NCBI GenBank assembly: GCA_964016885.1 | Contig: OZ024741.1 | Span: 42,718,001-42,782,000 of the forward strand | DNA from: Eledone cirrhosa | Lineage: Eukaryota | Length of the DNA stretch: 64,000 bases | Direction: 5' to 3' | The notes under the pieces: model-generated | The model's input: the letters and a program-made list of their open reading frames with translations, nothing else | What the model was told of the DNA's origin: nothing | Database searches by the model: none | Program-made: the position numbers and the translations under genes | Shown: piece after piece, positions 24,051 to 38,679 of the stretch | How positions within the stretch are numbered: the first letter of the stretch is position 1 | How the letters are laid out: every line of letters starts with the position of its first letter

Positions 24051-27000
24051 GGTCTAATCGGACGTCTTTTGCTCGCTCCCAGTAAGTCGCTTTATTTACC
24101 CGTTATAATTATTTGTTAAATTTGTCTCACTGTGACAGGGATATAAGCCCATGGGCTTTGCCCTGTGAAGGAGGAAGTATAATATTTGGGCCTTTTGGCC
24201 CAAATATTTGAACAATATTTGAACATTTTACTTTTGAAAATAAAAAAAATAAAAAAACATTGAGAGGAGGGTTAGTGAAATTCACCAAACACCACCACAA
24301 ACAACGTGGACAAAGACAACAACACTGAGAACACTAATTTTGACAAAATTACCACACTAACTACAACAATAACAGCGTCAACCAAAACAGAGACACAGAG
24401 AAAAATGACAACAAATGCAACAACGATATTAACAAGAAAATAAACAACGACAACACCAACAGCAACATTACAAATTGCATCGAAAACAACAACAACGTTG
24501 GCACCAAAAACACAACCAACTACAACAGTGATAACAGCAACACCAACAACACCGTTTGTTGCAGTAGCCACAGCAACAGCACCAACAACAAGAGCAGCAG
24601 TAGCGGCAGCAATAATAGTACTGCTGTAAAAGGGGCCACTTCTTTCGCAGGTGTGGCCCGAAATATAGAGACATTGCTAGTCACGGAGGAGGAGATGGCA
24701 GTCGCAAGAACCATGGTGTCAAGAAACGACAATAGAGTTCCCTGAAACCTCCAACCGATTTCTTCAAAGACCAGCAGCTGTGTACGGTGACATACCGCAC
24801 CGTAAGCAAAATGTCACATCGCGTGGAGAGCGCCACGGAGGCTAAAATCCAAAAGGCCTTGGGGTGAGTCTTGGCGCGCAAAACCCACATCACCCGAGAC
24901 AAAAAGTACGCCACAGTAGATGTACTTTTCGCCAACCCCCAAGAAGCAAAGTCTCACTTTTTGGAAACCCTAAAGAGTGAGGAGATAGTCTTGGTGCCCT
25001 CCTACCGCTGGCAGAAAATTGTGAGGGTCAAAGTGACCGAGGTCCCGCCTGACGTGCCCATACCTTGGCTGGCCGCCTCTGTACTGGCTGGAATCGATGA
25101 GAAGACCACCATACTGCAAATACAGAGAATGGGAAGAGAGAACTGATCAGGAATAGGCATGAAAATGCTAATACAGACTGACGACAGTGCATCGAGGCTA
25201 CCCCAGACATCATAGACCTCGAAGAAAGGCTCCAATTCCCTATAAGCGTGGAAGGAAAAGCACCCAACGTGCTATCTCTGTGAAGGCTCTGAGGTGACCC
25301 TTCTGCCCGCAAAAGACAGCCAAGAAGAGGGCCCCTCCTTTCGACGCCTGATCCGCTGCTACCAAGAGCAGGGCAGGCAACAGAAGCAGAAAACCCTTCC
25401 ATGGTGAGTAGGAGGGCAACGTTCGTGGCACCCATACCAAAGCCATGGACAACTAAAGCAGCGGCAGCAGTGGCGGCAACACCAACAGTCGGAGTAGCTA
25501 CACCGGCGGTAAAATCGCCGGAGCGGGATACACTACCACCACCAACGGCAGTGGAGCTCATGCCCCTCCCGGACGCCGCGGTGTCCGACATCGAGTGTGA
25601 GGCGGGAGGGAAGTGGCAAACGTCTGCCACAAGAAAAGAAAAAAGAAAAAAAACCCTTAGATTCACGCTCCAAAAGCGAAGGCAGACAAAGAGGGGTAAA
25701 GGCTGCAAGGAGATTTGCAGGAACACCATCACCACCAGCATCACCAAAAACACCAACATCGCAAACACAACAAAACACACACACCCAACAGCAACAACAA
25801 GAAAACAGCAACACAATCACCCCTCCCCCTAAAAAGTACACAGCCATAAACATGGCAAATAAAGAACTCATACAACATATAAAGCAGCCACAGATATCAC
25901 AGAAAAAAACTACTACACCCCACCAACACCAAGGACTCTCCCGACAAACATAAGCATCATTGAACTCAAAATAGAACAGTACAAACTTTTAAAACAAAAA
26001 TTCCCCAACGGAGTTGGAGACTTCAGAGGTCCGGTTACCAAGAGGATATACACTGACATCCTCTTGGAAACACCAATAACCAGCCAAAGGGTCGGTTCTA
26101 CTGTCCCTTCACTACACGATCAAAGTAAGTGATCCTTTCTCACTTGCCCCGTTTCTCATCCAACATGGCCGTATTTAGAATAGGCAGTATAAATGTACGT
26201 GGCCTGGGGTCATATTGGAAGCAGGGTCACCTGCTCAACGACCACAGGTCACTAAACATAGATGTGGTGGCCATCAGCGAGACTAGAATCTCCGAAGCAC
26301 GAGCCCTCGCACTGATCTTCGGCAGCTACGATGTATACGCATCTCCCAGCCGTCCAGAATCGGAGGGAGGGTTGACAGTGCTTTTTCGGAGAGGCTTGGA
26401 TCTCGCCATACGGCCATCTCCCTGGACCCAGAAGGCAAGTCGGTGGTGATGTATGTGACCGGCAGCGAAGGCAATGCTTTCAGGCTAGTAGCCGTCTACA
26501 CATCGACAGGGGCAGAGGACGGCCAGATTTCTTCAGACGTCTAGAGACCTTTCATGGAACGTCCCGCTCTTTAGTGTTAGTGGGTGACTGGAACGGTATC
26601 TTAGATGCACGCTGGGATTATGTGTGGCTAGTAGACAGGGCAGGAGGGTGTACAAGCCTCAACAACCTGTTCAGACGTTTTGAACTGTTTGACAGGTATC
26701 CACGGGATTATCCGAATGTGCCAATGTCGACATGGGCAAACCGCATCGGGTCATCTAGATCGTATTTAGATAGGGTATTCTGTAGGGAAACAGATAAGGC
26801 TAGTGTAGGTTGTCAACAATTTAAATTAGTCGACTACACGGACCACAAATTTGTGATCTGTGAAGTTGACTTAGATAGACTCCATAGGCAAGGGCCCGGC
26901 TACTGGAAGCTGAACGCGTCGTTCTCGGTGCGCAAAGCTTACAGAGACCGGATTAGCGAATTAGTTAAGCGTGCGTTGACGGGTGCGATCGTCAACAACA

Positions 27001-29850
27001 GGTGGTGGTTTACCCTGAAAAGGGCTTTAGAGTAGAATCGATAAGGTTTAGCAAAGGAGTAGTGATAGAGGAAAATAGAGTAGAGGGAGAGTTAGTTAGA
27101 AAGCTAGCAGTGGTTTTCAGGACAGGCATCGTAACCGATGTGCTTGCGGCGAGATTGGCACTCCACCAATTCTTCAACGCAAAGCATGAATGCAGCGTTG
27201 TCAGAGCTAGAGAGCGTGCTCTAAGACACGAGGGGACGAAAGTCGTTCAATGAGCCCGCGTGGTGGAGGCGCGACGTGGCAACAATTCCACAATTCGGTC
27301 TTTGCCTAAAAACGGGCGCATGTTGCTCGAATCCGAGCAGATGTGTGCGGCTTTTCAACAGCGCTTTGCTCAATTGATCGGGAGCGGCGGTGGGCCGGAT
27401 CGGAGTATGGACTTCGATACATACCTCGACGGACTGCCGCGGCTCTCGACGACCGCAGCGTAGTGCTGCAAAAAGCCGGTAACAGCAGTTGAAATACAGG
27501 AAACTATGTCTGACTGCACGAGGGGTAAATCGCTAGGTTTCGATGGTCTGCTCTACGATCTTTATGCCTATATGCCAGACTTGTTCGGCGACCTCTTGGC
27601 AAATGTCTACTGCAACTGGCAGCAGAACTGGAGCATACCCAGTTTTGTGAGCCGGGGAGCGGTGGCGCTGTTGAGAAAAGACCCGAACAAGGGGGACGTT
27701 ATAGACAACTTCAGGCTCATAACTCTGCTAAACGCAGAGTTTAAGATTTTGGCCAAGGTGTTAGCAAAGAGATTGGCGTTTGTCGTCTGTGATTTGGTGG
27801 GAGAAGCGCAGACATGCGCCATTCCGGACAGATCCATTCACGACAACATCCATCTCATGCGATACATTATAGAGAGGGTGGTTAAGGAACCTAGCACGAG
27901 TGGGGCCCTGATCAACTTGGATCAATCTAAAGCATTTGATATGGTCGACCATCGTTACCTGCCTGCGGTCCTCGATGCGGCCGGATTCGGGCCCACTTTT
28001 AAGGGTTGGATCGCTTCGATGTACAGCGACAGCTGCTCAGTTGCGGGGGTGAACGATTACCTGTCGCAGCCGTTTAGAATCGTGCGCTCCGTCCGCCAGG
28101 GTTGTCCCCCCTCGTTCCTCTTGTACGTACTGGCCCTAGAGACGTTACTGCACAAATTGAAAACGATGAGAGGCGTCCCACTTGAACTGGGATGCGGGGG
28201 ATCCGTGTCAGCTTACGCCGACGACTTCACCGTGGTGGTGTCAAGCACCAGACACGTCCAGATGCTCGGCACCGCTCTCAAGGAATACGAAGCGGTGACA
28301 GGAGCAAAGATAAACCAGGAAAAGTCGGTGGGATTGCAACTCGGCACCTAGAGAGGCAAGTCCATGCCGTCCGACTGCGTCGTGGGACGCTAGACGGAAG
28401 GACTGGTTAAATTGCTTGGGGTCTGGTTCGGACCGGACCTCCAGATGGAGAAAAACTGGAACGACGTGACGTGCAGGGTGGCCTCCCTCACCCAGAAATG
28501 GGCTGAGAGGAAGCTGTCCCTGAAAGGCCGGGCGGAGGTGGCGAATGCATACATCGCATCCGTCATCTGCTACCGACTCAACGTCGTCCCTTGCTCCAGC
28601 CCAACTCTCACCAAAATGGAGCGCCTTATCTTCCGCTTTTTGTGGAAGGGACGCGCTCCCATGGTCAGACGATCCATCTGCTGTCAACACCCGTTGCGTA
28701 GAGGACTGGGCATGCCATGGCTGGTGATGAGCAAACATGCGCTGAGGCTGCGACATCTCTGGTGCTTACTTGATGGTGAACAGGTGTGGTCGCCGTTCGC
28801 CAGGCACGTTTTCCCACAGCACATCTCCTTGGCGGAGCTGCAGTCCTGGGTCAGAAAAAGACCGAGGGATAGCGCTTGGAAACTGGAATGTCTCCAAGCG
28901 CTCACCGCCCTCTACCAGCTGGGCACTAGTATCGGTGGAACATCTACCTCGGTGTTCTATAGGGGGCTAGTGGAGGGAAAGAGCGATGACGTTCGCGAGG
29001 AGACCCTGGACGTCGAAGAAGATCAGCTGTTCGCTCTGTTTAAGGGAACTTTCAGACCGGGTCCTATGGACAACTTCCAGAAATCCCTGGCCTGGTAGTG
29101 CTACCGGGGAGCGTTGCCGGTTTGGGATAAGCTCTACAGGCACGGAGGTGCTGTCAGCCGAGCCAATCCGAGATACGCGCAGGGCGACGAAACCGTCCCG
29201 CACGCACTCGTTTAGTGCCCGAGGATTGATGACTTGTGGAGCTATGTTGAACACCTACTGTCGCGTGTAGGCCGGATCCGGTTATTGACTAAGTCCATTG
29301 TGCAGATAGCCCCGCCATCCTCCTTTAAAGAGGAGGAAGGTCAGGCAGTTTACATTTGCCTGGTCGCCATGGCGAAAGAGATTGGGTGGTGGACAAGGTT
29401 GAAAGGGTTGAAGACAGACACTTACCTCTCCGGCCAATCCCTGATTATCTTTTTCAAGTTTCACTTGAAGATGAAAATCAGGGTGGAGAGGCAAGTGCTG
29501 TCTTCTAATAAGTTCGATGAAAGGTGGGTGAAAGTGGCAAGTCTTGTCCGAGTGAACGGGCCCGCTCTGAGTATACGCCTGTAGACTCAGGAGTGGGAAA
29601 AGTGAGAGAGGACGCTTGCCCTGGTGGTCAGGGTAGCCGTGGTCTTTGGTGTGGTTTTCACCACGAGCGACCCTCGGAGGTTTCCCCCTTTTTGGGGAAT
29701 ATTTCTTGTTTGAAATTTTTGATTTCTATCCCGATTTCTATCTTGTTATAACCTATTTACACGACCAAAACCCACATTGTATCGACCTGTACTTTCCTGT
29801 GCCGTCTCTAACGTTTTTCTTTGTGTCAGCCCTTGTGGCCAATAAAGAAA
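24051..29850 (+). mobile_element. Tx1/L1-clade LINE copy B (divergent subfamily), full length, decayed, in (ATT)n
   Basis: ORF1 remnants (RKTHITRDKKYATVDVLFANPQEAK). ORF2 26165-29584 has stops and frameshifts (YADD at about 28214-28225). 3' end CCCTTGTGGCCAATAAAGAAA. Flanks ATTATTATTACTATT and ATTGTTATTATTATT. Confidence 0.92.
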
Positions 29851-29853
29851 ACA

Positions 29854-29885
<32 letters not shown>

Positions 29886-32800
29886 GAATGCCATGGTTGA
29901 CGGAGGCTCGGCTCTGTAAGGTATATTAAATTTTAACCGCTATAACAATTGTAAATTGTTTAAAACTTTAACCAAATTGTAGACAAAAACACCTTCCTCC
30001 TTGTGAGAGGGGTCTTTCTGCTCGTTATTTGGCCCTTCGGAGTTAAATAACCGCTTATTGGGGTTTTGTGCCCAATATTTACTTTAAACCCCAAAAACAT
30101 GGCTACAAAAAAGAATTTTCACAAGTCACTCCCACTCATTCCGTCTTCTTCTTCCTCAATAGTCACCCACAGCAGAGAGAAGATTGTCTCTCTCCCTCCC
30201 TTCTCTAAATGTGTCTCTCTCCCTTCTCTTTCGCAAGCGACGCCAGTAAAGAAAAATAGTTTCCAAAATCACGTGCAAAACGTGGAACATTTCTCCACGA
30301 CGACGACAACGACGAAAAAGGTGTGCCGTAAATACGAAAACCCATTTCATTCGTCTGACGTCATGAATAATAGCAGTAGCAGCCGTAATAACAGAGCAGC
30401 AGCACCAGTGACAAGGAAAACAACAGTAGCAGCCGCAACAGCATCAGCAGCAGCATAAACAACAACAGCATTAGCAGCAACAGCAACAAAAAACAGCAGC
30501 AGCAGCAGCAGCAGCAGCGGCGGCAGTTGTAGTACCAGCAGCAACAACAAAAGTAACAGCAGCTCTGACGACGACAACAACAACAACAACAACAAAGAAA
30601 AACCAATCTCGTTTGCAGGTATCGCAAAGAACATGGAAACCATCCTTATAACAAATGAAGAATTACAGGAAGCAAAGAAGATGGTGACGAAAACCGGACA
30701 CAGAGCAATCTGCAAGGCAGCCGAAACATTTTTCGAAACCCAACAGCACTGTACGGTCACGTACTGTACAGTAAGCACAACATCCCGTAGGGTTGAAAGG
30801 GCCACAGAGGTTCAAATACAAAAAGCCTTAGGGTCTGTGTGGCAGCGGAAAACACTTATCACCCGAGGCAAGAAATATGCCACCGTGGACGTGCTTTTTG
30901 CCACACCCCAGGAGGCAAAGGCTCAATCCTTAGTAACCCTAAGGAGCGAGGAAATGGTGTTGGTGCCCTCCTACTGCGGACAAAAAATTGTGAGGGTCAA
31001 ACTAACCCACGTCCGCGCCGGGATGGCCCCTTCTTGGCTGGCCGCCTCTGTCCTCGTCGGAATCGAGGACAAAACAACTGTACTGCAAGTACAGAAAAAA
31101 GTACGAGAAGATTGGGTCGGCACCTCCATTGAGATGTTAATCCAAACCAACCAGGAGTGCATCGAAGCTATCCCGGATGTGATAGACTTCGATAACGGCA
31201 CTCAACTGCCCATAACTGTTGAGGACAAACGCCCGAAATGCTTTCGCTGTGGATTGAAGACTCACCTCAGGGCCTTCTGCAATGAGAACACCCTGAGAAA
31301 GGAGAAAACCCCCCTCCTTCCCAAACCGGCTCCACTCCTACCAGCAACAGGACAGGCGGCAACCAGGAAGGATAGGTCCGTGGCACCCATACCCACGCCA
31401 CCGAAATCAAGATCAACAGCAGCAGTGGAAGTATTAACAACAACAACAGCAATACCAACTGAAGCTGCAACAGAGACTCCACTGCAAACATCACCAACAA
31501 CAACAAGTGAAAGAGTGGAACTGGTACCCCTCCCCGACCTCACAGAATCAGACATGGGGTGTGAGGTGGGAGAGGGATGGCAAAAGGTCGCAAGAAGGCA
31601 CAAACGCAGAAGCAGCGCATCGTCGCCTTCGAAAAAGGAGGAAAGAAACGAAAAAAAAAGGGTAAAGGCTACTGCAAAAAGACTCACAGCAGCAACACCA
31701 CCAACACCATCACCACCCACACTAGCACCACCATCACCACCGGCGGCAACTCCACCGCAAACAACAACAGCACCTTCAACACCACCACCACAGCACCAAC
31801 ATCGCAAACACAACAAAACACACACACCCAGCAAAAACGACAAGAAAATAGCAGACCCACAACCCACCCCCAGAAAAACAAATGCACAGCAATAAATACA
31901 CACAACAAGAAATTAATGACTTACATAATTGAACACACAGACATTTCACAGCACAACTACATAATACCAGCACCAATCAAAACACCAACTAACATAAGAC
32001 TGCTAAAAATAGCACAGAAACAATACACAAACATTAAAACGAAATTCCCCAACGCAGTTGGTGATTTCAGGGACAAGGAGGAACTATCAATCGAAGAGTA
32101 TATTCAGACATTCTCATAGAAGAGCTGACGACCAGCCGAAGGGGCGATTCAACGGTTCCTTCACCAGACGATCAAGTGAAAAGGGATGGTGAAACCATGC
32201 TTCCTCTGCGAGAAGAAGTAAGGTAAGTGGTCTTTCCCATCTTTTCCACTCCATTTCAACATGACCTCACTCAGAATAGGCAGCATAAATGCGCATGGCT
32301 TGGGGTCGTCATGGAAGCAGGGCCACCTGCTCAACGACCTCAGGTCACTAAACATAGATGCAGTGGCCATCAGCGAGACCAGAATCTCCGAAGCACGGGC
32401 CTTCACACCGATCTTCGGCGGCTACGATGTGTAAGCATCTCCCAGGCGTCCTGGATGGGGTGGAGGGGGTCAGTGCTTTTTCGGAGAGCTTTGGATCTCG
32501 CCATACGGGCCATCTTCCTGGACCCAGAAGGTAAGTTGGTGGTGCTGGACGTGACGAGCGGAGAAGGGTACGCTTTCAGGTCAGTGGCCGTCTATGCCCC
32601 GACAGGAGCAGGGCCGCCTGATTTCTTCCGGCGTCTGGAGACCTTTCTAGGAACGTCCCGCTCTTTAGTGTTAGTGGACGACTGGAACGGGATCTTAGAT
32701 GCACGCTGGGACTGTGTGGGATTAGCGGATAGGGGAGGAGAGTGCAAGAGCCTCACCAACCTGCTCAGGCGTTTTAAACTGTCTGACAGGTACCGATTGG

Positions 32801-35045
32801 ATTTCCCGAATGTGCCAATGTGGACTTGGCCAAATCGTATCGGGTCATCCAGATCATATCAATATAGTCAGCTACACGGACCACAAATTCGTGATCTGTG
32901 TGCTTCATTTAGATAGGCTTCATAGACGAGGACCTGGTTGCTGGAAGCTAAACGCGTCCTTACCAGCGCGCAAGGCCCACAGAGACCGGATTAGCGAACT
33001 AGTTAAGCGGGCGTTGACGGGGGCCATCGTCAACAACAAGTCGTGGTTTGAATAGAGTCCATTAGGTTTAGTAAGGCTTTAGCTATAGAGAGAAATAGAG
33101 CAGTGGCAGAACTAGTTAGAAAATTAGACGAGGCGCTTAGCAAAGGCATCGAGACCGACGTACTTGCGGCGAAATTGGCCTTTACCAATTCATCAATGCA
33201 AAGGACGAAGGCTGCGTTGTCAGAGCTAGGGTGCGTGCTCTCAGACACGAGGGGACGAAAGACGTTCAATGGGCCTATGTGGCGGAGGCGCGTCGTGGCA
33301 ACAAAGCCACGATCCGGTCTTTGGTGGACCACGACGCGCGCATGCTACTCGATCCCGGGCAAATGTGTGAAGCTTTTCAGCGACACTTCGCTCAACTGTT
33401 TTGGGGCAGCGGTGGGCCGGATTGAGGGATGGACTATAGTGTCTACCTCAACGGACTGCCGCGGCTCTCGGCCACTGACGCGAAAAGCCGATAACAGCCG
33501 CTGAAGTAGGGGAGGCAATGACTGGCTGCACAAGGGGTAAATCGCCTGGTTTCGATGGTCTGCCCTATGAATATTACGTACAAATGCCAGACTTGTTCGG
33601 AGGCTTCTTGGTGGACGTCTACTGCAACTGGCAACAGAACGGGAGTATTCCCAGCTCTGTGAGCCGAGGTGCTGTGGCGCTGCTGAGAAGGGATCCGAAC
33701 AATGGGGATAACATAGATAATTTCCGGCCCATAACTCTGCTAAACACAGAGTTCAAGATTTTGGCCAAGGTGCTAGCAAAGAGGTTGGCGCTTGTCGTTA
33801 GTGGTCTGGTGGGAGAGGCGCAGACATGCGCCATTCCCGACAGATCCATCCACGACAACCTCCACCCCATGCGATACATCGTAGAGAGGGTAGCTAGGGA
33901 ACCTGGCACGGATGGGTCCTTGATCAATTTAGATCAGTCGAAAGCCTTCGATAGGGTCGACCATCGTTACCTAGCGGCAGTCCTGAGGGCGGCTGTCTTT
34001 GGGCCCGTCTTCAGAGGCTGGATCGCTGCCATGCACAGCGATATCTGCTCTGTAGTGAGAGTGAACGGTCACCTTTCGGAACCGTTCAACATCATGCGCT
34101 CGGTCCGCCAAGGATGTCCCCTCTCCTCCCTCTTGTACGTATTGACTCTCGAGCCATTACTGCACAGACTGAAGACGTTGAGGGGCGTCCCGCGCGAACT
34201 AGGATGCAGAAGATCCGTGTCAGCATATGCGGACGATGTCACCGCTGTGGTGTCGAACGCCAAACACATCGAGGCGATCGGCACTACACTAAGAGAATAC
34301 GAAGCGGTGACAGGAGCAATGATCAACCAGGAAAAGTCAGTGGGCCTGCAGCTCGGCACCTGTAGAGGCAGATCCATACCGTCCAACAGCGTTGTCGGAC
34401 GCTGGACGGACGGACCGGTTAAATTGCTAGGGGTCTGGTTCGGTCCAGACCTCCAGACGGACAAAAACTGGGACGAGGTGACGAGCATGGAGGCTTCCCT
34501 CACCCAGAAATGGGCGGAGAGGAAGCTATCCCTGTAAGGTCGATCGGAGGTGGCTAACGCGTACATCGCGTCTGTCATCTGCTACCGCCTGACCGTCGTA
34601 TCTTGTCCTAAGCCCCGCCTAACTGCGCTGGAGCGTTTGCTCTTTCGCTTTTATGGAAGGGACGCGCTACGATGGTCAGGCGGTCCATCTGTTGTCAACT
34701 CCCGCTACGTGGAGGGCGGGACATGCCGTGGCTGATGATGCGCAGGCACACGCTCAGGCTACGACATCTCAACCTCTTCCTCAACGGTGATCAGGTGTGG
34801 TCGTCTTTTGCTAGACACGTCTTTCCCTAGCTCGTTTCCTTGACGGAGCTGCAGTCCTGGGTCAAGCGAAGACCGAGAGGGAGCGCTTGGAGACTGGAAT
34901 GTCTTCAGGCGCTCACAACCCTCGACCAATCGGGCAATGTGATCGGTGGAAACTCCACCTTGGCGTTCTATAGAGGATTAGTGGAGGGGAAGAGCGACGG
35001 CGTACCTGGGGGAACTCTAGGCGTCGACGAAAATGAACTAGCCAG
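29886..35045 (+). mobile_element. Tx1/L1-clade LINE copy C (same subfamily as A), 3'-truncated
   Basis: Starts right after (TTA)n 29853-29885 with the same 5' end as A. ORF1 30099-32226 is frameshifted (CFRCGLKTHLRAFC). ORF2 begins at 32261 and breaks off after GVDENELAS. Confidence 0.92.
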
Positions 35046-35378
35046 TATATTTAATTTTAATCAAAGGGTTCTCCGGCACAAACCCCTGCTGAAAACTCCC
35101 GCTGAGAATTTTTTCCCTTCGATTTATATGAAATTTAAGCCATACGTAAACGACAAGATATGATGCCTATTCACAAAAGTTTTGAATTGATATTTTGAAA
35201 AAATTATTTACAAGAAACAAAATAAGAATAATATTTAATAATGTAATTTTCATGCATTACATTTTACATCGAGTAATATTGAAATGCAGAGTTTTTCTCC
35301 ATAAATTATATCACTGATTTAAAATCAATCATCATTTTCTTACAACAACAAAAAAATGTGCGCGGGTAATTCGGCTAG
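35046..35378 (+). mobile_element. Possible Helitron 3' fragment abutting the break in LINE C
   Basis: AT-rich segment ending GTGCGCGGGTAATTCGGCTAG followed by T, resembling a Helitron CTAG terminus. No coding evidence. Confidence 0.3.
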
Positions 35379-35412
35379 TATACATATATATATATAGTAA
35401 TAATAATACATT

Positions 35413-35480
35413 TGAAGATCCCGTTAAGGGTGAAAGCAGCGATTATTTGCTTAAACTTTAATCTTTTATTTTAATAAATA
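35413..35480 (-). repeat. Terminal fragment of the repeat found at 54221 and 63700
   Basis: Reverse complement of ATTAAAGTTTAAGCAAAkAATCGCTGCTTTCACCCTTAACGGGATCTTC. Confidence 0.85.
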
Positions 35481-36453
35481 TATATATATATATAAATAAG
35501 TAGAATCGAAGTCAGTGTTGCACCATATGATGCAATACTGACTTCGATTCTTCTAAACTATTACACCCTGCACATTACTGCTGCCTTAACTCTGAAATAC
35601 AACCCACACAAGACGGACCTCGTAACAGCATTGCGTGCTACGAACGGAAGGACGCCCGAAACTGTAGTTACACACCTAAATACCCCCCCCCTCTATATAT
35701 ATATGTATGTTGCAACTTGAAAACACAAGGAGACAAAGTTAGGTACTTGTTAATCTATTGTTTTACAATGCAAGCATTGTCCATTGCTGTAAAGATAAAT
35801 CCAGTTCATTAATGTGGAAAAGCAATTCATATCCTTTGTCTTCATTTAGAAACATGTAAATGCATCTCTATAGATGTTTGGGAAATATAATAGGTACATT
35901 GCAACATGCTAAAAAGTGAAGGACCCGACTCTGCCAACATTGACTGATCTCTTCTGAAATATAACCTCTATATTATTCCAAATGCCTCCATTAATAATTT
36001 TAAAAAAAGCCCCCCCCCCCCCCCCAACAAAAACCCAGTGAAATAGTTGAAACAACGAATGAATTTAATATATATAAAGTGATATCAAAATACAATAACC
36101 TTATAGCAAAAAACTGTGAAAGATTGCATTTGACATTTCAGTCTTACCGCAAGTGATGATTTCGTTACCAGAATAGTTTGGTATAATTTCAAGTAAAGGC
36201 AGAAAATCACCACCAACCTAATCTAAAGTTTCAATAATGCTTTTATATTAAGACAAAACATTTAAAGAAACTGAAACACATCTACTCAATATTGTTATCT
36301 GTGTTCATGAAATAATACATGTTTTCTGAGTTGCTGATATCAATGTGAAAAATTAGTGAAAAATTAGCGAAAAGGAGAAAATTTATTCTGAGGGAAAGAA
36401 GAATCTGAAAATACTCCACCCTGACTGGACCTTTAGATTTGTACCTGTGATAA

Positions 36454-38185
36454 CACCGTGTAACATATTTTTTGTTCCTCGGTTCTAAGTGTCATTTACT
36501 GGTTTGTTATATCCCATTATTTAAAAAAAAATACTATTATTTAATCAGAAGCTTGGATTTGTGGTCAGGAGTTTGATATTTCGAAATTTTCATATTTTTC
36601 AAGAAAAAGCACATTGTTTTTTAATTTATCAGTTCATATAATTAAATCAACAGAGTATATATTTATTTTATTACGCAAGCTTATCAAAAGAAAAAAGTAA
36701 AAACAAATAACCCTTATAAAGCAACTTATACACGTCATAAATAACTGGATTTCCTGGATTTGTGGTTGTAGTCCAGGTCGCATTCCCGCACTAGGCCCCA
36801 GATATAGTCCTCCATCATTTTTTAATTGTAGTGGCCCTGGTACCTTCGCTCTATCTCTTTCACATCTTGGTAGAATCGTTCGCCTTGTTCTTTGAGTAGG
36901 CGCCCATATTGTCCTTGAATTCTTCCAGGTGAGCGTCCAGCATATGGAGTTTAAGCGACATCCTGAATCCCATGGCGCCAAAAGCCTTTATCAGATCCGG
37001 CACCAGTTGCTGGTAGTTTTCAGCCATGTAGTTTCACAGGAAGCCCTTAACAACTGCTTTAAAACAGTTCCATGCTGTTCTCTCAATCCTATTGAGCTTA
37101 TTGGAGAACGCGGTAGACTCAAACACCTTCTTTATCTGAGGTCCAACAAAAATTCCACCTTTGATTTTGGCCTCAGATAACTTGGGGAAAACTCAAGAAG
37201 GTACTTAAAAGCGGGTGATTCTTGGTTGAGAGCCTTCACAAACTGCTTCATCAAGCCCAACTTAATGTGCAGTGGCGGCATGAGCACAATCCTGGGATCA
37301 ACCAGTGGCTCCCACATGACGTTCCGGGTCCCAACTACAAATTCTGTTCGCTGCTCCCAGTTCTTTCTTTTGTAGTGGTCAGAGGTGGCTCTGCTGTCCC
37401 AAAGGCAGAGGAAGCATTTGAATTTGATAAAGCCTCCTTGGAGTCCAAGCAGGAAAGCCACCATCTTGAAGTCTCCAATGATTTCCCAATTGTACTGGTT
37501 GTATTGCAGAGCTTCCAAGAGGACTTTCACACTGTAGTAATCTTCCTTCAGCCAGATTGAATGAGCTAGGGGCAGTGTCGGGAACTTGTTTCCATTGTGG
37601 AGAAGGACCGCCTTCAAACTTGTGGTCTATAAATAGGCACAAACGGCACCCCAATAACGTCAAACAGTCCAGGCACGTCATGGCAGAAGCAGAGGCCATC
37701 CCTAAGAGTGTAAAAGCCTGAGAAAGGTTCGTAGCGACATCTCTGACTTGTCACCTGCACTTCCTCCTTGACGAAGTTCCACTGCATCATCCTGGAGACG
37801 AATAGCTCTGCATTGACTTCTTTTTGGTTTGGGAAGTGAGGAACTTTTTCTGGTACCCCAGTATCAATAAATCTCTTTAATCCACTTTTTAACAATTTTA
37901 TACTTTATTGCACTTTTATAATTTTCTTTAGGTATTACTTTTTATTTTAAAATTTTAATTTAACCTGAAACATATATAAAAAAATCATTTAACATAAGCA
38001 AATTAAACTTACATACAACGTCAAAATCCAGCATAGAAATAATTCTAGTGAATAGCTTAGAATTTTTACAAACCCAAACTTTTAACTGTTTAATAGCACT
38101 TTTTAATTTATTTATTTGGGACCTAAGAAACACAAAAAAGTGATTACAAGCCAGGAACAGAAAAAATTCTTTTTGTTACACGGGG
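36454..38185 (-). mobile_element. Chapaev3-type (CMC superfamily) DNA transposon, internally deleted, transposase pseudogene
   Basis: Termini CACCGTGTAACA and TGTTACACGGGG; 3-bp TAA duplication at 36451-36453 and 38186-38188. Transposase motifs KAVLLHNGNK, GDFKMVAFLLGLQGG, CFLCLWDSR and PPLHIKLGLMKQFVKAL, plus EQGERFYQD near 36865-36895. Confidence 0.85.
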
Positions 38186-38679
38186 TAATTGGAGATCTTA
38201 GATATGTTACTAACTGTCTCAGTACAACCCTTGACAACCTGGGCTTCGCAGAACTAGAAAAGGCACAGCTAGTTCGGAAGTTGTAAGAAAAATTAATTAA
38301 CAGATCTGTAAAATATGTAAACATTTAATAAATGCAGTATATAGTAACTGTATATACACATGTATGGATACAGAATCATGCACGGCTACACATATAACTC
38401 AATTCATACAGATCCACACATATAATAACGTAATACCGTCACACACACATAGACACACACGCACACGCACACAAACACATACACACACAAACCCATTTAC
38501 AGACATACATACGTACTTCCCTAGTTGATGTCGAAATTACAATGAAAAAATATTGTTTTTATGTTAGAAATCGACTCCTCTATTGTTGAAAATTCAGGAA
38601 ATATAACCAGAACATGCATGCACGCACATGCATATCTATAAATCAAATGTCTATCTATCTATCTATCTCTCTCTCTATC

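Noticed and set aside
35600-35680. Degenerate hammerhead (CCGAAACTGTAGTTA)
   Set aside because: The CUGANGA half cannot be identified.
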